This document shows, piece by piece, positions 46,769 through 55,906 of a stretch of 64,000 bases of DNA. The notes under the pieces were generated by a model. The model was not told the origin of the DNA. It saw only the letters and a program-made list of their open reading frames with translations, and did not search any database. The position numbers and the translations under genes are program-made. Origin of the DNA: Candidatus Woesearchaeota archaeon (GTDB lineage Archaea > Nanobdellota > Nanobdellia > Woesearchaeales > UBA10216); NCBI GenBank assembly GCA_016192945.1, contig JACPTE010000024.1, positions 16,001 to 80,000 on the forward strand, read 5' to 3'. Within the stretch, counting starts at the first letter, position 1. Every line of letters begins with the position of its first letter.

Positions 46769-47968
46769 TCAATCCTGCTTTTTTTTATTGATGCCTGATG
46801 CTACTTCCTGGTACGCCTCCCTGAACGGCATTCCCTGCTTTACCAGCTTTGCAGCCTCCTCAGCGGTATAAAGCTCAGAAGTCATAGCTTCCCTGCATCT
46901 TTTCTCATTTACTTTCAAGCCATTGATTATCTGTGCCATTATATCTGCTGATGACCCTGCCATCTCTATGCCATTGAACAAAGGCTCTTTCGTGAGCTTA
47001 AAGTCTCCATTATAGCCTGAAGGGAGATTAAGGATAATGTTGTTTACAGCATCGCAATAGCTCTTCATCATGCCTGCCTTAGCCCGCGCAATTTCAAGCA
47101 CGTCAGGGTTTGCCTTATGGGGCATTATGGAGCTGCCCATTGAGAATTCCTTCGGAAGCTCAAAGTAGCCGAATTCAGATGACGTGAAAAGCCATAAGTC
47201 TGTTGACAGCTTGTTTATGTCAAGCATAAGATTGTTCAGGGAATTTAATACCATGAGCTCAAACTTACCGCGGCTGTTCTGGACGTAAAGCGTGTTGTTC
47301 TGGACCTTGTCAAAGCCGAGAAGCTTTTGGGTCAGGTTCCTGTCAATGTTTAGGACCGGCACGCCATATCCCGCAGCGCTGCCCAATGGATTCTGGTTTA
47401 TCAGCTTCTTTGATGAATTTATCAGAGCAAGGTCATCCCGGAATGATTCTGAAAAAGCCTCTGCCCATTTTCCAACAGCATAGGGCATCGCCTTGCGGAG
47501 GTGGGTGTATCCTGGAATTGGAATTTTGCTGTTCTTGCTGCTGAACTTGTTTAGCTCTTCAATCAATCTGCTGACAGCAGAAATAATTTCCTCAAGCTCG
47601 TGCCTTTCGTAAAGCCTCAAAGCAACAATTATCTGGTCGTTCCTTGAGCGGCCTGTGTGGATTTTCTTGCCTAGCTTCCCTAGCTTTTTTGTAAGATGGT
47701 TTTCAATAGCAGTATGGCAGTCCTCCTGCTCTACAGTGATTTTAAACTCGCCTTTGCTGTCCAGGAGCATTATCTCCTCAAGCCCCGCAATCAGCTGTGA
47801 CAATTCAGTTTTATTCAGTATGCCTGCCTTGTGCAGTGCTTTGGCATGGGCAATGCTTGCAATGCAGTCATATTTGACCAGCTTCTGGTCTATTATGTTC
47901 TCGTTGCCAACTGTGAACTTCTCTATTGCCTTGTCAATGTTGAAATCTTTCTTTTGCCAGAGCTTCAT
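46769..47968 (-). CDS. argH: Argininosuccinate lyase
   Basis: Fumarate-lyase signature GSSIMPHKANPD. Confidence 0.92.
   Translation of the reverse strand: MKLWQKKDFNIDKAIEKFTVGNENIIDQKLVKYDCIASIAHAKALHKAGILNKTELSQLIAGLEEIMLLDSKGEFKITVEQEDCHTAIENHLTKKLGKLGKKIHTGRSRNDQIIVALRLYERHELEEIISAVSRLIEELNKFSSKNSKIPIPGYTHLRKAMPYAVGKWAEAFSESFRDDLALINSSKKLINQNPLGSAAGYGVPVLNIDRNLTQKLLGFDKVQNNTLYVQNSRGKFELMVLNSLNNLMLDINKLSTDLWLFTSSEFGYFELPKEFSMGSSIMPHKANPDVLEIARAKAGMMKSYCDAVNNIILNLPSGYNGDFKLTKEPLFNGIEMAGSSADIMAQIINGLKVNEKRCREAMTSELYTAEEAAKLVKQGMPFREAYQEVASGINKKKQD
46779..46788 (+). terminator. Oligo-T tract immediately after the surface-protein stop codon
   Basis: gcttttttttatt read directly, in the convergent gap before argH. 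Confidence 0.45.
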
Positions 47969-47991
47969 CTTGCCTCATTTTTATGGTTGTA

Positions 47992-49263
47992 TTAATAATA
48001 CTTCTTAATTTTATCAGATTTAGTTTTTACCTGATTGGCGAGCTTCATCTGGAAGCTCCACAGCTCAATGAATCCTGCACTCGCATTCTGGTTGAAAGAG
48101 TAGTCTTTCATGAATGTAACAAGGTTCTTGTCATAAAGCGCATTTTCAGAGTAAATAGCAACAGCTTCTGCCTTGCCCTTGTAAAGCTTTACAGTGACTG
48201 AGCCATTAACCTTTTCATTCAGCTTATTGCAGAAAATGTTTAGTTCATCTATCAACGGCTCAAGCCAGAATCCCCCATAGCAAAGATATGCCCATTTAGT
48301 GTCCACAATGCTCTTGAACTCGTTCTCCTGCCTTGTGCAGACATATTTCTCAATTACCTTGTGCGCCTCCAATATGATGGCTGCTGCCGGCATTTCGTAA
48401 ATGTCACGGTTCTTAAGACCAACAACCCTGTCTTCAATATGATAGCTTATCCCAATGCCGTGCTTTGCTCCTATCTTTGCCAATAACAGGATAATATCAG
48501 AAAGCTTCATTATTTTCCCTTCAACAGCAACAGGAAGTCCTTTCTCAAAATCAATCTTTATTAATTCGGGCTTGTCTGGAGCATTCTCAGGGGTGTTGCA
48601 TACAGCGAGTATTTTTTCAGCAGGAGGGATAAGACTGGGATCCTCAATTTCACCTGATTCTGCACTTGAGCCCCACATATTGTCATCATAGCTGTAAGGC
48701 TTGTCCTTGGTTGCTTTTACGGGAATGTTATTTTTCTTGGCATATTCAATCTCCTCATCCCTTCCCATGCTCCATTCACGGACTGGAGCGATGACTTTTA
48801 TCTTTGGACTGATGGTTATGGCAGTTGCTTCAATCCTCACCTGGTCATTTCCTTTTCCTGTGCATCCGTGTGCAATCGCATCTGCGCCTTCCTTTTCAGC
48901 TATTTCAACAGCAATCTTTGCAAGCAATGGCCTGCCCATTGCAGTTGCAAGATGATAAGCGCCCTGATATGAGGCATTGGCTTTTATGCCCTTTGCAACA
49001 TAATTATTAGCAAACTCGTCCTTGGCATCGACTACAAAAGCCTTTTTTGCACCAAGCTTTAATGCCTTTTTCCGGATTTCCTCCAAATCGTCACTATGCT
49101 GCCCAAGATCAACTGTGAGCGCAATTACCTCTGCATTATATTCCTCCTGAATCCACTTAAGCATTACAGAAGTGTCCAATCCGCCTGAATAAAGCAAAAC
49201 TACTTTCTTGACCTGTCCTTTTTCAGCTTCATAGCTTGCAACTTTGGAATATTCTTTTTTCAT
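47992..49263 (-). CDS. argG: Argininosuccinate synthase
   Basis: LLYSGGLDTSV PP-loop. ArgG length. Confidence 0.93.
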   Translation of the reverse strand: MKKEYSKVASYEAEKGQVKKVVLLYSGGLDTSVMLKWIQEEYNAEVIALTVDLGQHSDDLEEIRKKALKLGAKKAFVVDAKDEFANNYVAKGIKANASYQGAYHLATAMGRPLLAKIAVEIAEKEGADAIAHGCTGKGNDQVRIEATAITISPKIKVIAPVREWSMGRDEEIEYAKKNNIPVKATKDKPYSYDDNMWGSSAESGEIEDPSLIPPAEKILAVCNTPENAPDKPELIKIDFEKGLPVAVEGKIMKLSDIILLLAKIGAKHGIGISYHIEDRVVGLKNRDIYEMPAAAIILEAHKVIEKYVCTRQENEFKSIVDTKWAYLCYGGFWLEPLIDELNIFCNKLNEKVNGSVTVKLYKGKAEAVAIYSENALYDKNLVTFMKDYSFNQNASAGFIELWSFQMKLANQVKTKSDKIKKYY

Positions 49264-49274
49264 TTTTCCTCCAC

Positions 49275-49826
49275 TTATTTGAGCGTCATTATCATGGGTA
49301 TCTCATCACACAGTCCGTATTCCATGAGCCTACAGTCAGCGCAATCCTGCTGGTATTTTGAAGCAGGGAAATTTTGTGCTGTAACAAAGCCCCATCTTTC
49401 AAAAATAGGAACATTTTCTCTTTTCGTCAAGGTAAGCATCTGGGAGTGCCCCCTTGCCAAGGCCTCTTCTGCAACTGCCCTGACAAGCAATCCGCCAATG
49501 CCTCTTTTCTGGTATTGCCCATCAACAGCAAGAGTCCTCATTTCCGCAATATCTGCATATTCAACCAATGAATTGCATCCTATTATCCTGGGATTAGCAG
49601 CTACATAAAAGCCGTTCTGTAAAGTAACCTCGATCACCCTTTGCTCAGTTATTGGAAGTAGCATTCCTTTTGCCTCCAAAAAGCCGTTTGAAGCTATTGA
49701 AAACTTGTACTTGTCTGCCCAAGCCTTGATTTGAGGAGCATCAGCTAAGATAGCCTGCCTTACAATGCATGCAGCTGAAAAATCCGTTCCTCCACCGACT
49801 AATGCAAGGTCTTCTATCGTTGCCAT
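49275..49826 (-). CDS. GNAT-family N-acetyltransferase (candidate short N-acetylglutamate synthase or regulator) with C-terminal Cys motif
   Basis: Motif A TLAVDGQYQKRGIGGLLV. C-terminal CADCRLMEYGLCDE. The annotated long ORF's N-terminus (MSYLRQLCLICPVLVN) is really the translated conserved operator DNA. Confidence 0.7.
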   Translation of the reverse strand: MATIEDLALVGGGTDFSAACIVRQAILADAPQIKAWADKYKFSIASNGFLEAKGMLLPITEQRVIEVTLQNGFYVAANPRIIGCNSLVEYADIAEMRTLAVDGQYQKRGIGGLLVRAVAEEALARGHSQMLTLTKRENVPIFERWGFVTAQNFPASKYQQDCADCRLMEYGLCDEIPMIMTLK

Positions 49827-49846
49827 GTTTTCGGGAATCATCAATT

Positions 49847-49908
49847 GATTTATAAGCCTATTGACCAAAACAGGACAAATAAGACATAGTTGTCTTAAAT
49901 AGGACATC
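49847..49908 (-). promoter_or_regulatory. Arg-cluster promoter 1: TATA (cttataaatc) plus conserved upstream ~50-bp element
   Basis: Element ggtcaatagg...gtcctgttttggtc with GACA/TGTC half-sites. Same element at 51543-51605 and 55775-55832, each abutting a TATA box. Confidence 0.55.
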
Positions 49909-50157
49909 TACTTATTTGTCTAGTTTTAGTGAAATAGTATGTAGATATCCACAACATTGTTAATCTGCCTTAAATTAATTCCCTGAAGCACGAATCTGTA
50001 AAGGTTTTCAACAGAAGACCTGTGCTCTTTCGGCTTCGCTCCAAAAGCAGAATAGGCTTTTCTCCACGAATTTATTTTCGGGTGTTCTGATATGAGGGGA
50101 TTATTATGGGTTTCCCTGGCTTTTTTCTGTTCTGTTAACAGCTCTTGATAAATTTCT

Positions 50158-51042
50158 TCATTTTTCCTCCAGCAATTTCAGCATTATAGCCTTCTGCACA
50201 TGAAGCCTGTTCTCAGCCTGCTCAAAAACAATCGAGTTCTGGCTGTCTATCACTTCATCAGTTATCTCGAAGCCCCTATGGGCGGGGAGACAATGCATTA
50301 TCAAGGCATTCTCCGGAACAAGCCCCCTGTTCAGCTGATAAGGAGAAAAAACATTGTGCCTTTTCTCAGCTTCCTTTTCCTGGCCAAGAGAAACCCAGGT
50401 GTCTGTATAAACAATATCTGCCCCTTCAACAGCTTCCTTTGGATTGTTTGTGAAACTCAGAAGGCCTGTTTTTTTTGCAGATTCCATTATTCCCATATTT
50501 GGCTCATAGCCCTTTGGCGTTGCAACAGCAATCCTTATGCCTGTTTTTGTGCAGGCAGCGATAAGCGAATTGCAGACATTGTTGCCATCTCCGATAAATG
50601 CCAGCTTTGATTTGAGGCCTTTCTTTTCCTTGATAGTCATTACATCAGCCAATGCCTGGCATGGGTGCTCAAAGTCAGAAAGCCCGTTTATAACAGGAAC
50701 ACCTGCAACCTTGGCCATCTTTTCTACATCGCTATGTGAATAGACACGAACCATTATTATATCTGCATATCCTCCTATGCATTTTACCTCATCAAAAATA
50801 TTGCCAACTGCAAAGTTGCTGTCCTTCCAGTCAAGGAATGCGGCATGACCTCCAAGTTGTGTCATCCCAATTTCAAATGAAATCCTTGTCCTTGTTGAGG
50901 TTTTCTGGAAAATCATCACAAGGCTTTTGCCTTTCAAGGCTCCAGAATAATTCTCAGGACTCTTTTTGAGCTTTTCAGCTAATGAAATGATTTCATTTAC
51001 CTCTTTATTATCCAAATCCTTGATTGCAAGCAGATGATTCAT
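50158..51042 (-). CDS. argF: Ornithine carbamoyltransferase
   Basis: STRTR carbamoyl-phosphate motif and HCLPAHRG. Confidence 0.92.
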   Translation of the reverse strand: MNHLLAIKDLDNKEVNEIISLAEKLKKSPENYSGALKGKSLVMIFQKTSTRTRISFEIGMTQLGGHAAFLDWKDSNFAVGNIFDEVKCIGGYADIIMVRVYSHSDVEKMAKVAGVPVINGLSDFEHPCQALADVMTIKEKKGLKSKLAFIGDGNNVCNSLIAACTKTGIRIAVATPKGYEPNMGIMESAKKTGLLSFTNNPKEAVEGADIVYTDTWVSLGQEKEAEKRHNVFSPYQLNRGLVPENALIMHCLPAHRGFEITDEVIDSQNSIVFEQAENRLHVQKAIMLKLLEEK

Positions 51043-51051
51043 TTTTCCTGT

Positions 51052-51531
51052 TCAATTGTTTTCAATACTGCAAGATATTAGTTCAGTTTTACAGTTTGGA
51101 TAGCGCGAGCATTTAATGTCATGTGCAAGCATCATTACGTTTTCGGGTATGCTTTCCCTGTCAACAACCTCAAGCTTCAACTTCTTGAAAAACCCTGGCT
51201 TTTCAGTGAATGCTATAAGTTTCTGTACTCCCATTTCCTTTGCTTCCTGCATTGCCATCTCTACCAGCCTTGTCCCTATGCCTTTACCCTGATGCTTCTC
51301 TTTCACCGCCAGACTCCTGAGTTCAGCATAGCCATCCAGAACTATATGCAGGGCTATGCATCCCACAATTTCTCTCCCTATCTTGGCTATGAAGTATTCC
51401 CTTATGCTGCTATACACTTCGCTGAAAGGCTTTGGGGAAACTCCCTTGCCTGTAAAGCTGTTTATAAGGAAATTTATCTCCCCTGCATTGGATAGCTTCG
51501 CTTTTCCAAAAGTCACTTCAGGATTTTCCAT
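51052..51531 (-). CDS. GNAT-family N-acetyltransferase (short NAGS-like)
   Basis: Motif A YAELRSLAVKEKHQGKGIGTRLVEMA. Start MENPEV about 27 nt after the TATA. Paralog of 56538-56999. Confidence 0.72.
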   Translation of the reverse strand: MENPEVTFGKAKLSNAGEINFLINSFTGKGVSPKPFSEVYSSIREYFIAKIGREIVGCIALHIVLDGYAELRSLAVKEKHQGKGIGTRLVEMAMQEAKEMGVQKLIAFTEKPGFFKKLKLEVVDRESIPENVMMLAHDIKCSRYPNCKTELISCSIENN

Positions 51532-51542
51532 GGAAGGTAGTA

Positions 51543-51605
51543 AAGTTAGCTTTCTTATAAGGTTATTGACCAAAACCAGACTAATTAGACATAAATGTCC
51601 TAAAT
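51543..51605 (-). promoter_or_regulatory. Arg-cluster promoter 2: TATA (cttataag) plus conserved upstream element
   Basis: ttattgaccaaaaccagactaattagacataaatgtcctaaataagacaaaacc. Contains the GACATAAATGTC palindrome. Confidence 0.55.
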
Positions 51606-51634
51606 AAGACAAAACCTATTCTCCCTTCTTTGCT

Positions 51635-52810
51635 TTAGCTCCTGTAGCTTGCATTTATGCCAATGTACTTTTCTGTGAGGTCGCAGGTATATGCCGTGTG
51701 CTCTCCGTTTCCCTGTCCCATAACCGCTTTTATTTCTATGGATTTGTGTTTTAGATAATTCTCAGCATTGTTTTCATTGAATTTAAGGGGGTTGCCATTT
51801 TTGAAAACACATATTTTTCCCAGGAATATGGAAATTCCTTTTTCATTGGCACCTGATCCGCTTGCTCCTATGGCCGCAATTATACGCCCCCAATTGGCAT
51901 CATTGCCGTAAATGGCTGTCTTGACCAGATTTGAGTTTGCTATCCTCATTGAAATCTTCTTGGCTGCAATGCCACTTTTTGCCCCTGCAACCTTTACTGT
52001 TATCAGCTTTGTAGAGCCTTCCCCGTCTGCTACGATTTTTTTTGCAAGTGCCAGGCAAACATTTCCCAGTGCCAAAGAGAAGTTTTTTGCTTCTCTCATT
52101 GCCTTTAGCTCCTTATTTCCTGCCTCTCCACTGGACATTATGGCAGCACAGTCATTTGTGCTCATATCCCCATCAACGGTAATTGAGTTAAAAGTCGCAT
52201 CGCAGCAGCTTTTCCATAATTTCTCAAGCAATGCCTGGCTTATCGCCGCATCGGTAATGACGATTGCCAGCATTGTTGCCATATTGGGCGCAATCATGCC
52301 GCTTCCCTTTGCAATGCCTGCTATGGTGACTTTCTTTTTTGAAATCCAAATCTTTTTTAAGACAATCTTTTTCCTGGTGTCGGTGGTCATTATCGCTTCT
52401 GCAGCATTTCGAAGCCCTGCACTGCCTAGCTCAAAAACGGCTTTTTTAACTCCCCTTTTTATCAGCTGGACAGGAAGCCTTTTACCTATTATTCCTGTTG
52501 ACATGACCAAAATTTCATTCAGGCCTGTTTTAAGCTCTTTTGCAGCATGAGCTTGAATAGCCAGGGCATCTTTCAGTCCTTGTTTTCCTGTGCAGGCGTT
52601 TGCAACCCCGCTGTTTACTATGATTGCTTTTTTCTTTTTTTCCCTCATGGCTCTGATTGAAATTTTTACCGGGGCTGCTTTTATTTTGTTTGTAGTAAAT
52701 AGCACTGATGTTTTACATGGATTTTCTGAATAGATTATTGCAAAATCTTTTTTCCGGTTTTTCTTTATTCCGCAGCCGACTCCGGCAGCCAGGAATCCCT
52801 TGGGCATCAT
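51635..52810 (-). CDS. argJ: Bifunctional ornithine acetyltransferase / N-acetylglutamate synthase
   Basis: KGSGMIAPNMATML (ATML self-cleavage site with Thr nucleophile). Confidence 0.92.
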   Translation of the reverse strand: MMPKGFLAAGVGCGIKKNRKKDFAIIYSENPCKTSVLFTTNKIKAAPVKISIRAMREKKKKAIIVNSGVANACTGKQGLKDALAIQAHAAKELKTGLNEILVMSTGIIGKRLPVQLIKRGVKKAVFELGSAGLRNAAEAIMTTDTRKKIVLKKIWISKKKVTIAGIAKGSGMIAPNMATMLAIVITDAAISQALLEKLWKSCCDATFNSITVDGDMSTNDCAAIMSSGEAGNKELKAMREAKNFSLALGNVCLALAKKIVADGEGSTKLITVKVAGAKSGIAAKKISMRIANSNLVKTAIYGNDANWGRIIAAIGASGSGANEKGISIFLGKICVFKNGNPLKFNENNAENYLKHKSIEIKAVMGQGNGEHTAYTCDLTEKYIGINASYRS

Positions 52811-53727
52811 AGTAGTCCCTCGCTTTCTTTTATTCCGAACATAATATTCATGTTCTGGACGGCCTGTCCACTTGCTCCTTTTAACAGGTTATCAAGTGCC
52901 GATATTATCACTATCCTGTTGTTGTGGTCTGCTTCAAAGCCCCCTATGATGCAATAATTGGTGTTTCGGGCATCATGGAGGGTGGGTAGCCTGTCAACAA
53001 CCTTGACGAATTGTTCCTTCTCATAATGCTTTATGAATTCCGTCTTAACATCCCCGGCATCAACAGCCTCGTTCATTATGAAGTGCGAAGTGCAGAGTAT
53101 TCCCCTGAATAATGGAAGCACATGGGGTGTGAATGAAACTTTTTTCCCTAACGCTTTTTCAATCTCTTTTATGTGCTCGTGATTTGTGAGCTGATAGGGC
53201 ATGACATTTTCCTTCAGGTTTTCAGGTGAATTTCTTTGGCTCGGCGTTTTTCCTGCTCCGCTATATCCTGACTTGCAGTCAAATATGATGTTTTTGAGGT
53301 TATTGTTGCCCAGCATCGGCAGAGCAGAAAGTATTGCGGCTGTCGCGTAACAGCCCGGATTTGCTACAAATCTGGTCCTGCTTATTTTCTCACGGTTGAG
53401 TTCAGGAAGTCCATAAACAGCTTCGCTGCCCAAGCGGTAATCTGGGCTTAAGTCAATTATACGCGCCGTTACTTTCGGAACAATTTTCTTTGCCATTCCC
53501 TCCCGTACTGCGAGGAACACTATGTCAGCGATTTTATTTATTTTATCCATGCCGTAGTTTGTGAATGAAATATCACAGTCATATTCGGGATATATATCAC
53601 TGACTTTTTTCCCGTATTTGCTTTCTGAGTTGGCAGCCACTATCTCTACTTTATTGTGTCTGCTCAGTATTTTTATAAGTTCAAATCCTGTATAGCCTGA
53701 CGCGCCTATTATTGCAGCTTTAATCAT
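52807..53727 (-). CDS. argC: N-acetyl-gamma-glutamyl-phosphate reductase
   Basis: IGASGYTGFELIKIL Rossmann. Catalytic Cys in PGCYAT. Confidence 0.92.
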   Translation of the reverse strand: MIKAAIIGASGYTGFELIKILSRHNKVEIVAANSESKYGKKVSDIYPEYDCDISFTNYGMDKINKIADIVFLAVREGMAKKIVPKVTARIIDLSPDYRLGSEAVYGLPELNREKISRTRFVANPGCYATAAILSALPMLGNNNLKNIIFDCKSGYSGAGKTPSQRNSPENLKENVMPYQLTNHEHIKEIEKALGKKVSFTPHVLPLFRGILCTSHFIMNEAVDAGDVKTEFIKHYEKEQFVKVVDRLPTLHDARNTNYCIIGGFEADHNNRIVIISALDNLLKGASGQAVQNMNIMFGIKESEGLL

Positions 53728-54881
53728 TTTAGCACTCCATGCAGGATATCCATTCCTTCAAGAATTTCCGCCTCTGTTATTGTGAGTGATGGAAGCATTC
53801 TCAGCGTTTTCTCAGTGCATTTGTTTATCAAAAGTCCTTTCTTGATGCATTTTTCAGCAACATTTTCGGCATCAACAATGATGTCCATTCCAGCCATAAG
53901 ACCTTTTCCCCTAAACTGGGAGATCAAATCACTCTTGGATTTTAGTTCTGCAAGATTTTTTAGGATGATCGCTCCTTTGTTGTTTGCTTTTTCCACCAGC
54001 CCGTTTTTTTCCATATACGCTATTGTAGCCAAGGCTGCTGTGCATGCAAGCGGATTTCCTCCAAAAGTGCTTCCGTGGTCTCCTTTGCCGAATGAGTCAG
54101 CGATTTCTTCTGCAGCGATTGTCACGCCTATGGGCACGCCATTGGCCAGGCCTTTTGCAGAAGTGACTATGTCTGGCTTTATCTTGCTGTGCTGATAGCA
54201 AAAGTACTTGCCTGTCCTTCCATTTCCAGTCTGCACCTCATCAGCTATAAGGAGAATTCCTTTTTCGTCACAAATTTCTCTTACAGCCTTAAGGTATGAA
54301 TTATGCGGCACTATGACTCCAGCTTCACCCTGTATTGGCTCTACAATGAATGCCGCTGTATCTTCGGTAACTGCTTTACGCAGAGCTTCCGAATCATTAT
54401 ATGGTATGTGCATGAACCCGGGAACCAAAGGCTTAAACGGCTCAGTGTATTTGGCTTTTGAAGTGGCTGACAATGCACCAAATGTGCGCCCGTGAAATCC
54501 GCCATCGGCTGCTATTATGCCTGGCTTTCCTGTGTGCTTTCTTGCAAGCTTTATTGCTGTTTCATTCGCCTCTGCTCCTGAATTGGAGAAGAAACTCTTA
54601 TCAAGGCTTGAAAGCAGGGCTAGCTTCTGGGAGAGCTTTATTTGAGGTTCTGTGTAGTACAAGTTTGTTGTAGTAATTATTTTTCGGATTTGCTCAATAA
54701 TAGCGGAATTGACTTCTTCATTGCAATACCCAACGCTGCAGGTTCCTAGAGCTCCTGCAAGGTCAAGGTAGCTGTTTCCATCAATGTCTAATGCGCGGCA
54801 TCCTATACCTCGCTCTATTAGAAGGCTTATCCTATTATATGTCTGCATCAGACTTTTATTTGATTTTTGCAAATAAGTCAT
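53724..54881 (-). CDS. argD: Acetylornithine aminotransferase (class III PLP)
   Basis: LIADEVQTGNGRTGKYF. PLP-lysine region TSAKGLANG. Confidence 0.9.
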   Translation of the reverse strand: MTYLQKSNKSLMQTYNRISLLIERGIGCRALDIDGNSYLDLAGALGTCSVGYCNEEVNSAIIEQIRKIITTTNLYYTEPQIKLSQKLALLSSLDKSFFSNSGAEANETAIKLARKHTGKPGIIAADGGFHGRTFGALSATSKAKYTEPFKPLVPGFMHIPYNDSEALRKAVTEDTAAFIVEPIQGEAGVIVPHNSYLKAVREICDEKGILLIADEVQTGNGRTGKYFCYQHSKIKPDIVTSAKGLANGVPIGVTIAAEEIADSFGKGDHGSTFGGNPLACTAALATIAYMEKNGLVEKANNKGAIILKNLAELKSKSDLISQFRGKGLMAGMDIIVDAENVAEKCIKKGLLINKCTEKTLRMLPSLTITEAEILEGMDILHGVLK

Positions 54882-54903
54882 GTTTCACCGTAAAATTCTA
54901 ATA

Positions 54904-55734
54904 TCATAGCCTGCTGGCAGGTAAAAAGGCAGTTCTTCTGGTGGTGTGGTTCTTTATGACTATTGTCCCACATACTGATTGGTCAGTAAGGCTTTGCAGC
55001 ATTCCAGACGGGTCAACTATGAAAACGGACGGAGCCCTGTCCATCTTGCTTAGCATTTCAATAATCACTTTAACTTTCAGAAGCATGCCGCCATTCAGTG
55101 CATTTTTTTTGACTAGTTCAGGATAGCCCGATTCTGGGTACAGCTTTTCAATCAGGTTTCCTTCAGCATCCCTGACTCCTCCTTGCTCAGTCACCAGTAT
55201 GAATTTTTTTGGATTAAGCGCCTTCACAAGCTCCTTTGATGCCACGTCTGCATTGATATTGAATTGCTGTCCTGACTTATCAATGCCAATTGGGCAGATT
55301 ACCGGCAATTTTCCATCAATTAATGCGGTTTTTATTGCCTCCAGGTTTACTTTCTTGACATGCCCAACAAATCCGAGGTCCTTGCCATTTATTTTCCAAT
55401 GCTTTGTGCATTCGAAAATATCATATAACACTGTGACGTTCCCGCCTTTTTTCGCTACTTCTTCAGCCAATAAAATGCAGCTCTTTTTGAGCTGTTCAAT
55501 CACTATGCGCAGTTGTTTTTTCCCAGTTACCCTAAGACCCTGTACCTTCTTTGAACTCAGATTTTTCTTTTTCAGCTTTTCATCAATCTGAGGCCCGGCT
55601 CCGCATACTACTATTGAACATAGCCCAAGGCTCTGCGCATAGCTTAAGGCTTCGCCTAGCTCTTGAAGCTGGTTGATTATAACCTTCCCTCCAATCTTTA
55701 TCAATGCAAGTTCCGGATTATTCGAGTCGTTCAT
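54904..55734 (-). CDS. argB: Acetylglutamate kinase
   Basis: LIKIGGKV amino-acid-kinase N-terminus. Start at internal MNDSNN. The longer ORF upstream is translated operator DNA. Confidence 0.9.
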   Translation of the reverse strand: MNDSNNPELALIKIGGKVIINQLQELGEALSYAQSLGLCSIVVCGAGPQIDEKLKKKNLSSKKVQGLRVTGKKQLRIVIEQLKKSCILLAEEVAKKGGNVTVLYDIFECTKHWKINGKDLGFVGHVKKVNLEAIKTALIDGKLPVICPIGIDKSGQQFNINADVASKELVKALNPKKFILVTEQGGVRDAEGNLIEKLYPESGYPELVKKNALNGGMLLKVKVIIEMLSKMDRAPSVFIVDPSGMLQSLTDQSVCGTIVIKNHTTRRTAFLPASRL

Positions 55735-55774
55735 TGTCAAGCTGGTTGTTGATTGAAGTATTATTCTGACATCG

Positions 55775-55832
55775 CTTATAATCCTATTGACCAAAACAGG
55801 ACAAAATAAACAAAAATGTCCAAAACAAAACA
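55775..55832 (-). promoter_or_regulatory. Arg-cluster promoter 3: TATA (cttataat) plus conserved upstream element, shared divergent region with the regulator gene
   Basis: cctattgaccaaaacaggacaaaataaacaaaaatgtccaaaacaaaaca. Confidence 0.55.
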
Positions 55833-55835
55833 TTT

Positions 55836-55900
55836 TAATAGTTAATAGTTAATCGTTTGTAGTTTGCAGTATGAACTACTAACTACTTACCACTTACCTA
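55836..55900. repeat. Short direct and inverted repeats (TAGTTAA x2 / AACTAC x2 / TTACC x2) immediately upstream of the HTH-ACT regulator gene
   Basis: Read directly: tagttaatagttaat...gaactactaactacttaccacttacc. Confidence 0.4.
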
Positions 55901-55906
55901 TTTAGG

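Noticed and set aside
49827-49907. Apparent conserved protein N-terminus MSYL(R/G)(Q/H)LCLI.PVLVN shared by ORFs starting at 49907, 51612 and 55833
   Set aside because: The similarity comes from translating the conserved non-coding operator/TATA DNA. Each gene has a TATA box inside this stretch and a proper internal start (MATIEDL, MENPEV, MNDSNN) about 25-45 nt downstream.
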